Assembly: GCA_016292145.1 (NCBI GenBank)
Contig: JAEFBA010000004.1
Span: forward strand, 435 to 64,434
Length of the DNA: 64,000 bases
DNA from: Saccharofermentans sp.
GTDB lineage: Bacteria > Bacillota > Clostridia > Saccharofermentanales > Saccharofermentanaceae
Direction of reading: 5' to 3'
Under the pieces are notes generated by a model. That model was not told the origin of the DNA. It saw nothing but the letters and a program-made list of their open reading frames with translations, and did not search any database. Below are positions 10,358 through 20,092 of the stretch, one piece after another; position 1 is the first letter of the stretch, and each line of letters begins with the position of its first letter. A program made the position numbers and the translations under genes.

Positions 10358-11307
10358 GACTTAACTCCTCCCTTGCCCGAAGTGATGCTAAGGAAGACTT
10401 CCTCAAGCGAAGGATCCAATGAACGCATTTCAAGGATCGGCCATCCTTCTCTGGCCATAAGCTCGAAAACAGCGATCCTCGTCTCAGTCGTATCATTAGC
10501 AGCGATAGTCAATTCTACCTGCGAATATCTGCTGTCTGCTACGCGGGATACGGCAGCAGCGATGCCTTTGACAGTGCGGAGCTTTGTGACAGCATCCTTA
10601 ATGGGTCCTCTGAATGTCAGAAGGATCTTGGACTGTCCTGAAAGTCTCTTTGAAAGGTCACTGATCGTATCTACAGCTGCGATCTTACCATGGTTAATGA
10701 TAACTACCCTGTCAGCGATCTCCTGGATCTCGGAAAGGATATGGGAGCTGATGACAATGGAATGATTCTTGGAAAGTGTTTTGATCAGTCTTCTGATCTC
10801 AATGATCTGATTGGGATCAAGGCCTACGGTGGGTTCGTCCAGAATAAGGATCGAAGGATTGCCGATAAGGGCCTGAGCGATACCGACTCTCTGCTTATAA
10901 CCCTTTGAGAGGTTTCCTATAAGTCTGTTATAGACATCGGAGATCTTGACCATGGCTACGATGTTATCGAGCATGTTCTTGCGTCTTTCCTTCTCAACGC
11001 CCTTAAGATCGCAAATGAAGCTTAAATACTCCTTTACGGTCATATCGTTATAAAGCGGCGGATTCTCCGGGAGATAGCCGATCTCTTTCTTAGCCAGTTC
11101 AGGTTCTTCAAGAATATCGTGACCGTTGACCTTAACTGTTCCGGATGTAGAAGAAAGATATCCGGTAATGATGTTCATCGTTGTGGTCTTGCCGGCACCG
11201 TTAGGTCCCAAAAAGCCGAGTACTTCACCGTCATTTACTGTGAACGAGATACCTTTAACGGCATTTTTATCGCCATACCTCTTCACAAGATTGTTAATCT
11301 CGATCAT
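10354..11307 (-). CDS. ABC transporter ATP-binding protein (GldA-like)
   Basis: Walker A GPNGAGKTT, signature LSKGYKQR, Walker B ILDEPTVGLDP; ATGA overlap with the permease. Confidence 0.92.
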   Translation of the reverse strand: MIEINNLVKRYGDKNAVKGISFTVNDGEVLGFLGPNGAGKTTTMNIITGYLSSTSGTVKVNGHDILEEPELAKKEIGYLPENPPLYNDMTVKEYLSFICDLKGVEKERRKNMLDNIVAMVKISDVYNRLIGNLSKGYKQRVGIAQALIGNPSILILDEPTVGLDPNQIIEIRRLIKTLSKNHSIVISSHILSEIQEIADRVVIINHGKIAAVDTISDLSKRLSGQSKILLTFRGPIKDAVTKLRTVKGIAAAVSRVADSRYSQVELTIAANDTTETRIAVFELMAREGWPILEMRSLDPSLEEVFLSITSGKGGVKS

Positions 11308-11339
11308 TGCTACCTCCAGAAAGTCTGATACAACTCTCT

Positions 11340-11348
11340 ATTATAACA
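11340..11348 (-). promoter_or_regulatory. Extended -10 sigma-A promoter element for the ABC cluster
   Basis: TGtTATAAT on the minus strand about 33 nt upstream of the ATG at 11307; no good -35. Confidence 0.5.
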
Positions 11349-11405
11349 AAGTAAGAAAAACAAAAAAGCGTAAAAAGGAGCGAAAAAGCAAAATATATTG
11401 AGGAA

Positions 11406-12176
11406 TCAGGCATTCCTCATTGTCATTTCAACGGCAAAGACCTTGGTATCAATGTTTTTATAACCGAAAACAGTGACCTTATCCTCATTTCTGGATATGA
11501 AAAGCTCAACCTTCTCCCCTGCCTTAACCTCACTGTTGTAATTGATAACAAGGTCTTCGATCTTTGTTACATCATATCCGCACTTGAACAAAGCATCATA
11601 AGCCCATGCAGTATAACGCGAATTATTGACATGCCTGTTACGGTCAAGCTCGTTAAAATCAGCATATTTGATGATAACGGGCTTCTCGGTCTCACTTGCA
11701 ATCTCATTGCGTTCCGGGAAACGGATCCTAGGAGCTTTCTCATCAAATACAAGAACAGGATTCTGAACGACCGGGAGAGGCAATTCGGACCTTTTTTGCG
11801 GAATTACAGGCCTGTGGGTGTTCCAGTCGGCAAGGATCCATACAGATGTTGCCTTGCCAATCTGCCTGTTATCTGAGCTATAGATCTCAAATTCACGGCC
11901 GAAATAGAACTTATCGATATAACTTCCCCATGTCCTGATCTTGAAAGTGTCATGCCAGGAAGGAAGCTCGGTAAACTGAAGCCTCATTTTAAGGATTATC
12001 CAGCAGATCTCATTTTCCTTAAGGAAATCCGTGCCGAATCCCATAGCATTAGAGCCCCTCTCCGCAGCTTCCTGAAGATCGCCTATCAATGTGGAGCAGT
12101 ATAGTTTATCGCCTATTCCGCATTCAGTCGCCTTGCAATAGACTTCCATATCCGTATATGTTGGAAACTCAGACAT
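11406..12176 (-). CDS. Acyl-ACP thioesterase (FatA/FatB-like double hot-dog)
   Basis: LQEAA, WII.KM, catalytic motif ELDRNRHVNNSRY. Confidence 0.88.
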   Translation of the reverse strand: MSEFPTYTDMEVYCKATECGIGDKLYCSTLIGDLQEAAERGSNAMGFGTDFLKENEICWIILKMRLQFTELPSWHDTFKIRTWGSYIDKFYFGREFEIYSSDNRQIGKATSVWILADWNTHRPVIPQKRSELPLPVVQNPVLVFDEKAPRIRFPERNEIASETEKPVIIKYADFNELDRNRHVNNSRYTAWAYDALFKCGYDVTKIEDLVINYNSEVKAGEKVELFISRNEDKVTVFGYKNIDTKVFAVEMTMRNA

Positions 12177-12747
12177 TTTCTTCTTCCTTCGCAGCCGGCT
12201 TAGGCAGCTTATTCATTGGAATGGTATTCCTGGGATTATATCTTCTGAATACCGGATACATCTCGTCCTTATAATGGAAGACAACCATTATTTTCGCACC
12301 TTCCTGGACGAAAAGAAAATACCAGTAAGTATCTTCGATATCAAAATTCTTGAAATCGGTCATCTTAACAACATAATGAGAATCCGCCCTGTCAGATTCA
12401 AATCTGTCAGACGTAACAGGACCGATATATTCGCAGTCTTTAATGGAAAAGCTAACAAGATCATCACGCTTGTTATCACCGTTGATAACTGCGCAATCGA
12501 CAAGGTCATTGGACATCTCGATCTCGTAGATCTTCTTTTCGCGTTTAATGAGGATAACAACGCCGGCAACGATACCGAAAGAGATGATACCGGTAATAAA
12601 CCAGGCATTATATCCCAAAGATAGCGGAATGAAATTTATAAAGAAAACCGTAATAATGCAGGCCGTGACAAGAAAGGTATTGAAAATAACCTCTGTAAAG
12701 CCTGTTTTACGCGTAACGCTTGTCTCAATAAAACTGTCCTGTAGCAT
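12169..12747 (-). CDS. Hypothetical two-TM membrane protein (DUF6106-like)
   Basis: 192 aa, two hydrophobic helices followed by a YEIEM..D.VD...I beta-rich segment; GAGGTG RBS. Confidence 0.55.
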   Translation of the reverse strand: MLQDSFIETSVTRKTGFTEVIFNTFLVTACIITVFFINFIPLSLGYNAWFITGIISFGIVAGVVILIKREKKIYEIEMSNDLVDCAVINGDNKRDDLVSFSIKDCEYIGPVTSDRFESDRADSHYVVKMTDFKNFDIEDTYWYFLFVQEGAKIMVVFHYKDEMYPVFRRYNPRNTIPMNKLPKPAAKEEENV

Positions 12748-12768
12748 GATTCACCTCAAACAGTGTTA

Positions 12769-12797
12769 ATTATACACAAATGGGAGATTTTAGTAAA
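12769..12797 (-). promoter_or_regulatory. Sigma-A promoter for the 12747 gene
   Basis: TTTACT-17 nt-TATAAT on the minus strand. Confidence 0.7.
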
Positions 12798-12932
12798 AAG
12801 TAAATCAGTAAGGCTGTTGGTGATCATCCGGGTCGCGTCTGGTGTTGGCTTACGACAAAACAAAACTTTATGGCGGTAGTCAGTATCCATATAACGCCCC
12901 AACTGACAGAAACACTATTAGCATCACGTAGA

Positions 12933-13056
12933 TCATGGACGGAAACTGAGACGGTTTTGGCTAATTTCGTCCCAATCTTCGTCTATCAGAGGCCTCATGG
13001 ACGATTTTAGAGACGGTTTTATTCATTCCTGTCTCATTTTGCGTCAATAGAAAGCC
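12933..13056. repeat. Two tandem imperfect 62-bp units, each with internal dyad symmetry
   Basis: Units start at 12933 and 12995; shared blocks TCATGGACG, GAGACGGTTTT, GTCnCA, CGTCnAT, GCC. Confidence 0.75.
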
Positions 13057-13076
13057 GGCAAACAGAAAATCTACAT

Positions 13077-13107
13077 AAAAGAACCGCCCCAACCGGAGCG
13101 GTCCTTT
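13077..13107 (-). terminator. Rho-independent terminator of groESL
   Basis: Minus strand AAAGGACCGCTCC-GGTT-GGGGCGGTTCTTTT. Confidence 0.85.
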
Positions 13108-13129
13108 AAGGTTATTCTTTTGAAAGTGA

Positions 13130-13202
13130 GCAATACAATTTCCGAGAGCCTCTGCACAAGCGCGAAGCGCGCGGAAGCCCAGCTCGAGGAAATTAGTATT
13201 GC
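13130..13202. repeat. Long imperfect palindrome (REP-like) in the groEL 3' UTR
   Basis: GCAATAC-AATTTCC...GGAAATT-A-GTATTGC arms with an inner GCGC-GAA-GCGC mini-hairpin. Confidence 0.6.
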
Positions 13203-13211
13203 GAACGCCTA

Positions 13212-14843
<1,632 letters not shown>

Positions 14844-14854
14844 TTATTAACTGA

Positions 14855-15142
14855 TCAGTCTTCTACGATAGCAGCGATGTCGTCCTGACGAACGATGATG
14901 TATTCTTCGCCCTCAAGCTTAACGGTTGTTCCGGCATAATCACGGATGATGACCTTCTCACCGACCTTAACTTCCATCTTTATCTCATTGCCGTCAACGA
15001 TTCCGCCCGGACCAACTGCGATGATCTCTGCGATCTGAGGCTTCTGCTGAGCACCGGAGGACAGGATAATGCCGCTCTTTGTTGTCTCTTCAGCCTGAAG
15101 TTTCTTTACTACTACCTTATCTGCTAAGGGCTTAATTGTCAT
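14855..15142 (-). CDS. groES: Co-chaperonin GroES
   Basis: MTIKPLADKVVV...TKSGIIL...AVGPG; start set at ATG 15142 behind GGAGG. Confidence 0.98.
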   Translation of the reverse strand: MTIKPLADKVVVKKLQAEETTKSGIILSSGAQQKPQIAEIIAVGPGGIVDGNEIKMEVKVGEKVIIRDYAGTTVKLEGEEYIIVRQDDIAAIVED

Positions 15143-15173
15143 AAAAAAGACCTCCAATACAATGAAATTGTGG

Positions 15174-15200
15174 TTAGCACTCTTAACCCTTAAGTGCTAA
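15174..15200. promoter_or_regulatory. CIRCE operator (HrcA binding site)
   Basis: TTAGCACTC-N9-AAGTGCTAA, one mismatch from consensus TTAGCACTC-N9-GAGTGCTAA, directly upstream of groES. Confidence 0.95.
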
Positions 15201-15209
15201 CCACAACAA

Positions 15210-15238
15210 AATATAATTCTTAAATTCAATACTGTCAA
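15210..15238 (-). promoter_or_regulatory. Sigma-A promoter of groESL
   Basis: TTGACA-17 nt-TATATT immediately upstream of CIRCE. Confidence 0.85.
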
Positions 15239-15265
15239 TACGAAAATCAAAAAAAGTCAAAAACT

Positions 15266-16495
15266 CTAATGAATGAGTTTTTCAAGAGGGATATCCGTCT
15301 TGCACTGGCTTAATTCAGGTGCCTTCGGGGGCAGTTTGACAGGGTCGAAATCGTACTTCTCACCATAGAAAAACTCCTGAACGTAAGGGATCATGGCGTT
15401 CCAGTTGACACGCATGCTCCACTCGCCGCCGTATGTACCCTGATTGAGGCATCCGTCAATCGGGAGCTGGATATACTGCATCTCTGCTTTCCCCAATGAA
15501 GGCAGGAAATCCAATGCATATTTCTCAACGTCCTTCTTGTCGATATTGGTAACGATTGCGCCCAATACATCGTCCATGCACGCAAGCTTCTTTGTAGCAG
15601 AGAGCTTCATGTACTGGGTCATCAGGCTTCGTAAGACTTCGATCTGTCTTTCCATACGTTCATAGTCGCCGTTGCCTACATATCTGACTCTGGCATATGC
15701 AACAGCCTGTGTGCCGTTAAGCCATGTGCCGTTACCGGTGTCCTGGATAAGAGCGGCACTCTTGGAGAGTTCACGGATATACTGGTTTGCAACCTTCTTC
15801 TCCCCTGATGTCATGTTGACGTATACGCCGCCTACTGCATCAATGATCTGGGCCATATGGCTGAAGTTAACATAAGCATAGCCGTCGATCTTGATCCTTA
15901 AGCTGTTTTCTACAGTCGCCTGAAGCAGAGCCGGTCCGCCGTAGGACATAGCAGCGTTGATCTTATGAGGCTTTGAATAACCCGGGAAATAAGCATATGA
16001 GTCTCTTGCGATAGACAAGAGCTTGATCGTGCCCTTCTTTGAGTCGACAGACATAACGACGATAACATCGGACCTGTCGCCCTTACCGTCCTTGCTGTAG
16101 TTCTTGCTTCTGCTGTCGATTCCGATAAGAAGGAAATTCTTTACCGGTTCATCCTGAAAGATACTGAACTGCGTGCTCTCGGTAAGATCACCAAGAACAA
16201 CAGTATCACCGTATTCATCAATGATAGTTGCCACTTCATTGGGAGATGTAGTCTCATACGTGATCTGGTTTAAAAGGTACTCCTTATACCATACGCCGAA
16301 GATGGCAAGTCCGATGATCACGCCTAATACTGCAGCTACCGTTCCGAAGATCAAGCGAAGCTTTAAATGATTAAGCTTTTTTAATTTGCGTTTTGATTTT
16401 GAAGATCTTTTTGTTACATCCTTCGAAAAGCCGTAATATGAGGCCTCCTGCTCAGAATGTCTCTGTACGTTCCTGTTTCTGTTTCTATTATCCAT
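15266..16495 (-). CDS. LCP (LytR-CpsA-Psr) family cell-wall glycopolymer ligase
   Basis: One TM; NFLLIGID, RSDVI, SIARDSY, KINAA, YARVRY, DYERMERQ. Confidence 0.92.
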   Translation of the reverse strand: MDNRNRNRNVQRHSEQEASYYGFSKDVTKRSSKSKRKLKKLNHLKLRLIFGTVAAVLGVIIGLAIFGVWYKEYLLNQITYETTSPNEVATIIDEYGDTVVLGDLTESTQFSIFQDEPVKNFLLIGIDSRSKNYSKDGKGDRSDVIVVMSVDSKKGTIKLLSIARDSYAYFPGYSKPHKINAAMSYGGPALLQATVENSLRIKIDGYAYVNFSHMAQIIDAVGGVYVNMTSGEKKVANQYIRELSKSAALIQDTGNGTWLNGTQAVAYARVRYVGNGDYERMERQIEVLRSLMTQYMKLSATKKLACMDDVLGAIVTNIDKKDVEKYALDFLPSLGKAEMQYIQLPIDGCLNQGTYGGEWSMRVNWNAMIPYVQEFFYGEKYDFDPVKLPPKAPELSQCKTDIPLEKLIH

Positions 16496-16515
16496 ATAAC
16501 TCCTAAAATGAACCC

Positions 16516-17538
16516 TTAGTCCTTAAGGCCTTCAGGATTCATTGTCTGCCACTTCCAGCATGATGAGCACATCTCATCGATTCCGTATCTGGCCTTAAAG
16601 CCCAATACTTCCTCTGCCTTTTTGGTGGATGCATAGCAGACAGCAATATCGCCGGGTCTCCTGGGACCAAACTTATGATTGATCTCGTGACCGCATGCTT
16701 TTTCGAATGCATTAACAGCTTCAATAACTGAAGTACCCTTGCCGGTACCGAGATTGAATATACAGACGGAATCATCTGTCTTATCAAGATACTGTATCGC
16801 CTTAACGTGTCCGTCCGCAAGGTCAACAACGTGGATATAATCGCGGAGGCAAGTGCCGTCCGGTGTGTCGTAATCATTTCCGAAGATCGTAAGGCACTCC
16901 AATGTGCCGCCTGCAACCTTTGAAATATAAGGGAAAAGGTTGTTCGGAATTCCTCTGGGGTCCTCACCTAAAAGGCCGCTCTCATGAGCACCGACGGGAT
17001 TGAAATACCTTAACAGGCAGATCCTCTTGGAAGGCTCAGATTTAGCATAGTCCTTTAGGATCTGTTCGAGCATCCACTTTGTCCAGCCGTAAGGATTTGT
17101 GCATGTTCCGAGAGGGCTCTCCTCTGTGAATGGAACATCCTCACTCTCGCCGTATACTGTTGCGGATGAACTGAAAACGAGCTTGTCAACGCCAAACTCA
17201 GTCATGAGACGGCAGACATTGATCATGCTTCCGATATTATTTGAATAGTATTCCAGAGGGATCTTTACAGACTCACCTACTGCTTTAAGGCCTGCGAAAT
17301 GAATGATCGCATCAATCTTGTTCTCTTCGAAGACCTTTCTTAAAGCTGCAATATCGCAGCAATCGACATTATAAAACTTGAATCTCTTACCGGTGATCTT
17401 CTCAAGACGGTTCTGAACTTCCATCTTGCTGTTTGAAAGATTGTCAGCGATCACAACATCGTAACCGTTCTCAAACAGAGAAATTACTGTATGTGAACCA
17501 ATATAACCATTACCGCCGGTAACAAGAACTGTTGACAT
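16516..17538 (-). CDS. galE: UDP-glucose 4-epimerase
   Basis: VTGGNGYIGSHT, HFAGLKAVGES, FSSSATVYG, YGWTK, LRYFNPVGAH; start set at ATG 17538 after GAGGAG. Confidence 0.96.
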   Translation of the reverse strand: MSTVLVTGGNGYIGSHTVISLFENGYDVVIADNLSNSKMEVQNRLEKITGKRFKFYNVDCCDIAALRKVFEENKIDAIIHFAGLKAVGESVKIPLEYYSNNIGSMINVCRLMTEFGVDKLVFSSSATVYGESEDVPFTEESPLGTCTNPYGWTKWMLEQILKDYAKSEPSKRICLLRYFNPVGAHESGLLGEDPRGIPNNLFPYISKVAGGTLECLTIFGNDYDTPDGTCLRDYIHVVDLADGHVKAIQYLDKTDDSVCIFNLGTGKGTSVIEAVNAFEKACGHEINHKFGPRRPGDIAVCYASTKKAEEVLGFKARYGIDEMCSSCWKWQTMNPEGLKD

Positions 17539-17708
17539 AATATCTCCTCGACTTTCATGTTTTAAGCAAACACATTTAACCATAATCCTCATCAAAACTA
17601 AAGTTATTTGCTCTATTTCCGCACATTTGCACCATTTTGCAAGGTATTAGATATTCTTTTTCATATAAAATATATTGGTAAATTCAATGCGAGGACATGG
17701 AGATAATA

Positions 17709-18449
17709 ATGAACAAACTTATTTATATCGCAGACGATGACGATAACATCAGAAACCTTCTTAAGACATTCCTTGAAAGAGAAGGATTTCACGTAACAGG
17801 ATTCCCTACAGGTGACAAGCTTTTCGAAGTATTCTCTAACTCACCTGCAGATCTCATCATATTAGACGTTATGATGCCCGGACACGACGGATTCTTTATA
17901 CTTAAGGAGATCCGCAAGACATCCAATGTGCCGATCATCATGCTCACTGCTAAAGACAGCGACACAGACTATATCCAGGGCCTTGATATGGGCAGCGATG
18001 ACTATTTTACAAAGCCGTTCTCACCTATCAAGCTCGTTTCTAAAGTAAAATCCATCCTTAAAAGACAGGAAGAGATCACCGGCAAGACAGGTGATAAGCC
18101 TGATAACGATGCAGTATATGAATTTGCTGACATCATCATTAACAGAAAGACCAAGGAAACAACGATGCAGGGTAAGCCCCTCCCGCTTACACCTAATGAG
18201 TATCAGCTTCTGACATACCTCATCTCAAACCGGGACAGAGCTGTATCAAGAGCTGAATTACTGGACAAGATCTGGGGTTATGAGACTCAGGTCGAGACCA
18301 GAGTTGCTGATGACACCGTCAAAAGATTAAGGAAGAAAATATCTAAATCTGATGCTAAAATATCTACTATCTGGGGTTACGGCTTCAGACTTGTGGACAG
18401 AACAAACGAAGAAGCAGAAGATGAAGACGACGGAGACAATCAGGACTAA
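17709..18449 (+). CDS. OmpR-family response regulator
   Basis: ADDD, LDVMMP, MLTAK, DDYFTKPF, winged-helix LTPNEY...IWGYGF; start set at ATG 17709 (17697 also possible). Confidence 0.93.
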   Translation: MNKLIYIADDDDNIRNLLKTFLEREGFHVTGFPTGDKLFEVFSNSPADLIILDVMMPGHDGFFILKEIRKTSNVPIIMLTAKDSDTDYIQGLDMGSDDYFTKPFSPIKLVSKVKSILKRQEEITGKTGDKPDNDAVYEFADIIINRKTKETTMQGKPLPLTPNEYQLLTYLISNRDRAVSRAELLDKIWGYETQVETRVADDTVKRLRKKISKSDAKISTIWGYGFRLVDRTNEEAEDEDDGDNQD

Positions 18450-20092
18450 TGACTGACAAGCCTGATAAGGCACGGTTAAAACCTAAAAAGCCATCCAGAA
18501 ATAAATCGGCTATAAGAATACCGATCTCGCTGCACTTTTATGCGGTCGAGATCGTTATTATCATTTTGGCCGTTTTTATCATCAACATCTATATCCAGTC
18601 CAGCTTTAAAGATTATATCGACATCCAGTGCAACAACCGTCTTGATAAGGCAGTTGAATCCACGATGAGCCTTACCCACACCTTCACCCTTCAGATCGAC
18701 AGTTCCGAAGAGAATACTGATGACATCATAAGAGCTTATCTTCTGAACTCTATCGCTACATCCGATAACCTCTCCAACCAGGCAAATATCGCTCTTTACA
18801 CTCTTGATAAGAATACCGGTAAGTTCACCGTTTTATGGCCTAATGCTTATTACTCGGTCTCCTATACCAACACTTCTATCAGAGTTATCAGCAAAGTCAT
18901 TGAGGAAGGCGGTTATGAGAGCCTTAACAAGACCCAGACACTTGATCTGGACGGTAACCTGGTCTACTACAGGACAGTAGGCTTCAACTCCAAATATGCG
19001 CCCAAAGACACCGATCCGAACGATCCTTTTTCCAATGACGTAGTGACATCTGATCCTGAAACACAGGCTGACATCGATGAGCTGTTCTCAAATTACTACC
19101 TCTGCGTCTATGTGAACTCGGCGTCGTATTCTTCATTCATGGCAACGAACTCACTGGCGCTCGTCCAGTCTGCGCTGCTCGCGATCATCATCGCAGGCGT
19201 ATTCAGTATCGTCATGACCTACCCTCTTATCTTCTCTACCCAGAGGCTTTCCAGGTTCGCGAAAAGGATCGCCAAGAGTGACTTTAAACCGCTTAAAGGA
19301 CATATCGTCAGTAAAGAGCTGTCTGAATTGGGCGATGTCATGAATCAGATGGCATATAAGCTTGAAGAAGCAGATATCGAACAGAAGACCTTCTTCCAGA
19401 ATGCTTCACACGAATTAAGAACGCCGCTTATGTCAATCCAGGGCTATGCGGAAGGTCTTAAGTATGGGGTTTTCGAGAGCGATGACGACAGAAACAATGC
19501 AATAGATGTAATTATCGATGAGACAGGTCGTTTGTCAGGCCTTGTCGAGAACCTCCTCTCTATCTCCAAGATGGATATGAGCAAGTCCGGAAATTACGAA
19601 GTTAAGAAGCAGACGATCAATGCCAGGAAGATCTGTGACACCATCATAGACCGCGTAAGAGGCAACTTCATCCACGAGGACAAGGCCATCATCAACGATA
19701 TCAAGATAAAGAACGCTTATATCTACGGCAACGAGAATGATCTTATAAGATGCCTTGAGAACATCTTCTCCAACTGCTTGAGATACTGTAAGACGGCAGT
19801 TACTTTAAGATGCTATAAAGACAAGAATGAAGATTCTGTTGTTTTCGAGATCTCTGATGACGGACCGGGTATTGCTCCTGAAGTGGCAGACCACCTTTTC
19901 GAGCGCTTCTCCAAAGGATCTGACGGCAAGCACGGAATCGGTCTTGCACTGGCTTTAGCAATTGCCGAAGAGCACGGCGGTACAGTAAAGGCTCACAACA
20001 AAGAAACAGGCGGTGCCTGCTTTGAGATCATTATCCCTTGCGTTAAGAGACGTGACCAGCTGACGAAACTGAATAACGACAGTACTACTTGA
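18449..20092 (+). CDS. Sensor histidine kinase (2 TM, HAMP, HisKA, HATPase_c)
   Basis: FFQNASHELRTPL, ENIFSN, DDGPGI, GIGLALA; TAATG coupling to the regulator. Confidence 0.93.
   Translation: MTDKPDKARLKPKKPSRNKSAIRIPISLHFYAVEIVIIILAVFIINIYIQSSFKDYIDIQCNNRLDKAVESTMSLTHTFTLQIDSSEENTDDIIRAYLLNSIATSDNLSNQANIALYTLDKNTGKFTVLWPNAYYSVSYTNTSIRVISKVIEEGGYESLNKTQTLDLDGNLVYYRTVGFNSKYAPKDTDPNDPFSNDVVTSDPETQADIDELFSNYYLCVYVNSASYSSFMATNSLALVQSALLAIIIAGVFSIVMTYPLIFSTQRLSRFAKRIAKSDFKPLKGHIVSKELSELGDVMNQMAYKLEEADIEQKTFFQNASHELRTPLMSIQGYAEGLKYGVFESDDDRNNAIDVIIDETGRLSGLVENLLSISKMDMSKSGNYEVKKQTINARKICDTIIDRVRGNFIHEDKAIINDIKIKNAYIYGNENDLIRCLENIFSNCLRYCKTAVTLRCYKDKNEDSVVFEISDDGPGIAPEVADHLFERFSKGSDGKHGIGLALALAIAEEHGGTVKAHNKETGGACFEIIIPCVKRRDQLTKLNNDSTT

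Noticed and set aside
12879-12900. Minus-strand GGGGCGTTATATGGATACTGAC resembling a tmRNA 5' end
   Set aside because: Lacks the GGATTCGAC motif, a tag frame ending in Ala-Ala and a tRNA-like 3' end; not enough space before the next gene.
12872-12907. Fluoride, ZTP or preQ1 riboswitch match for the pseudoknot
   Set aside because: The conserved nucleotides of those aptamers are absent and no fitting gene lies downstream.
12933-13056. Possible mini-CRISPR array
   Set aside because: Only two units, conserved blocks are interspersed rather than repeat-spacer, and there are no cas genes in the window.
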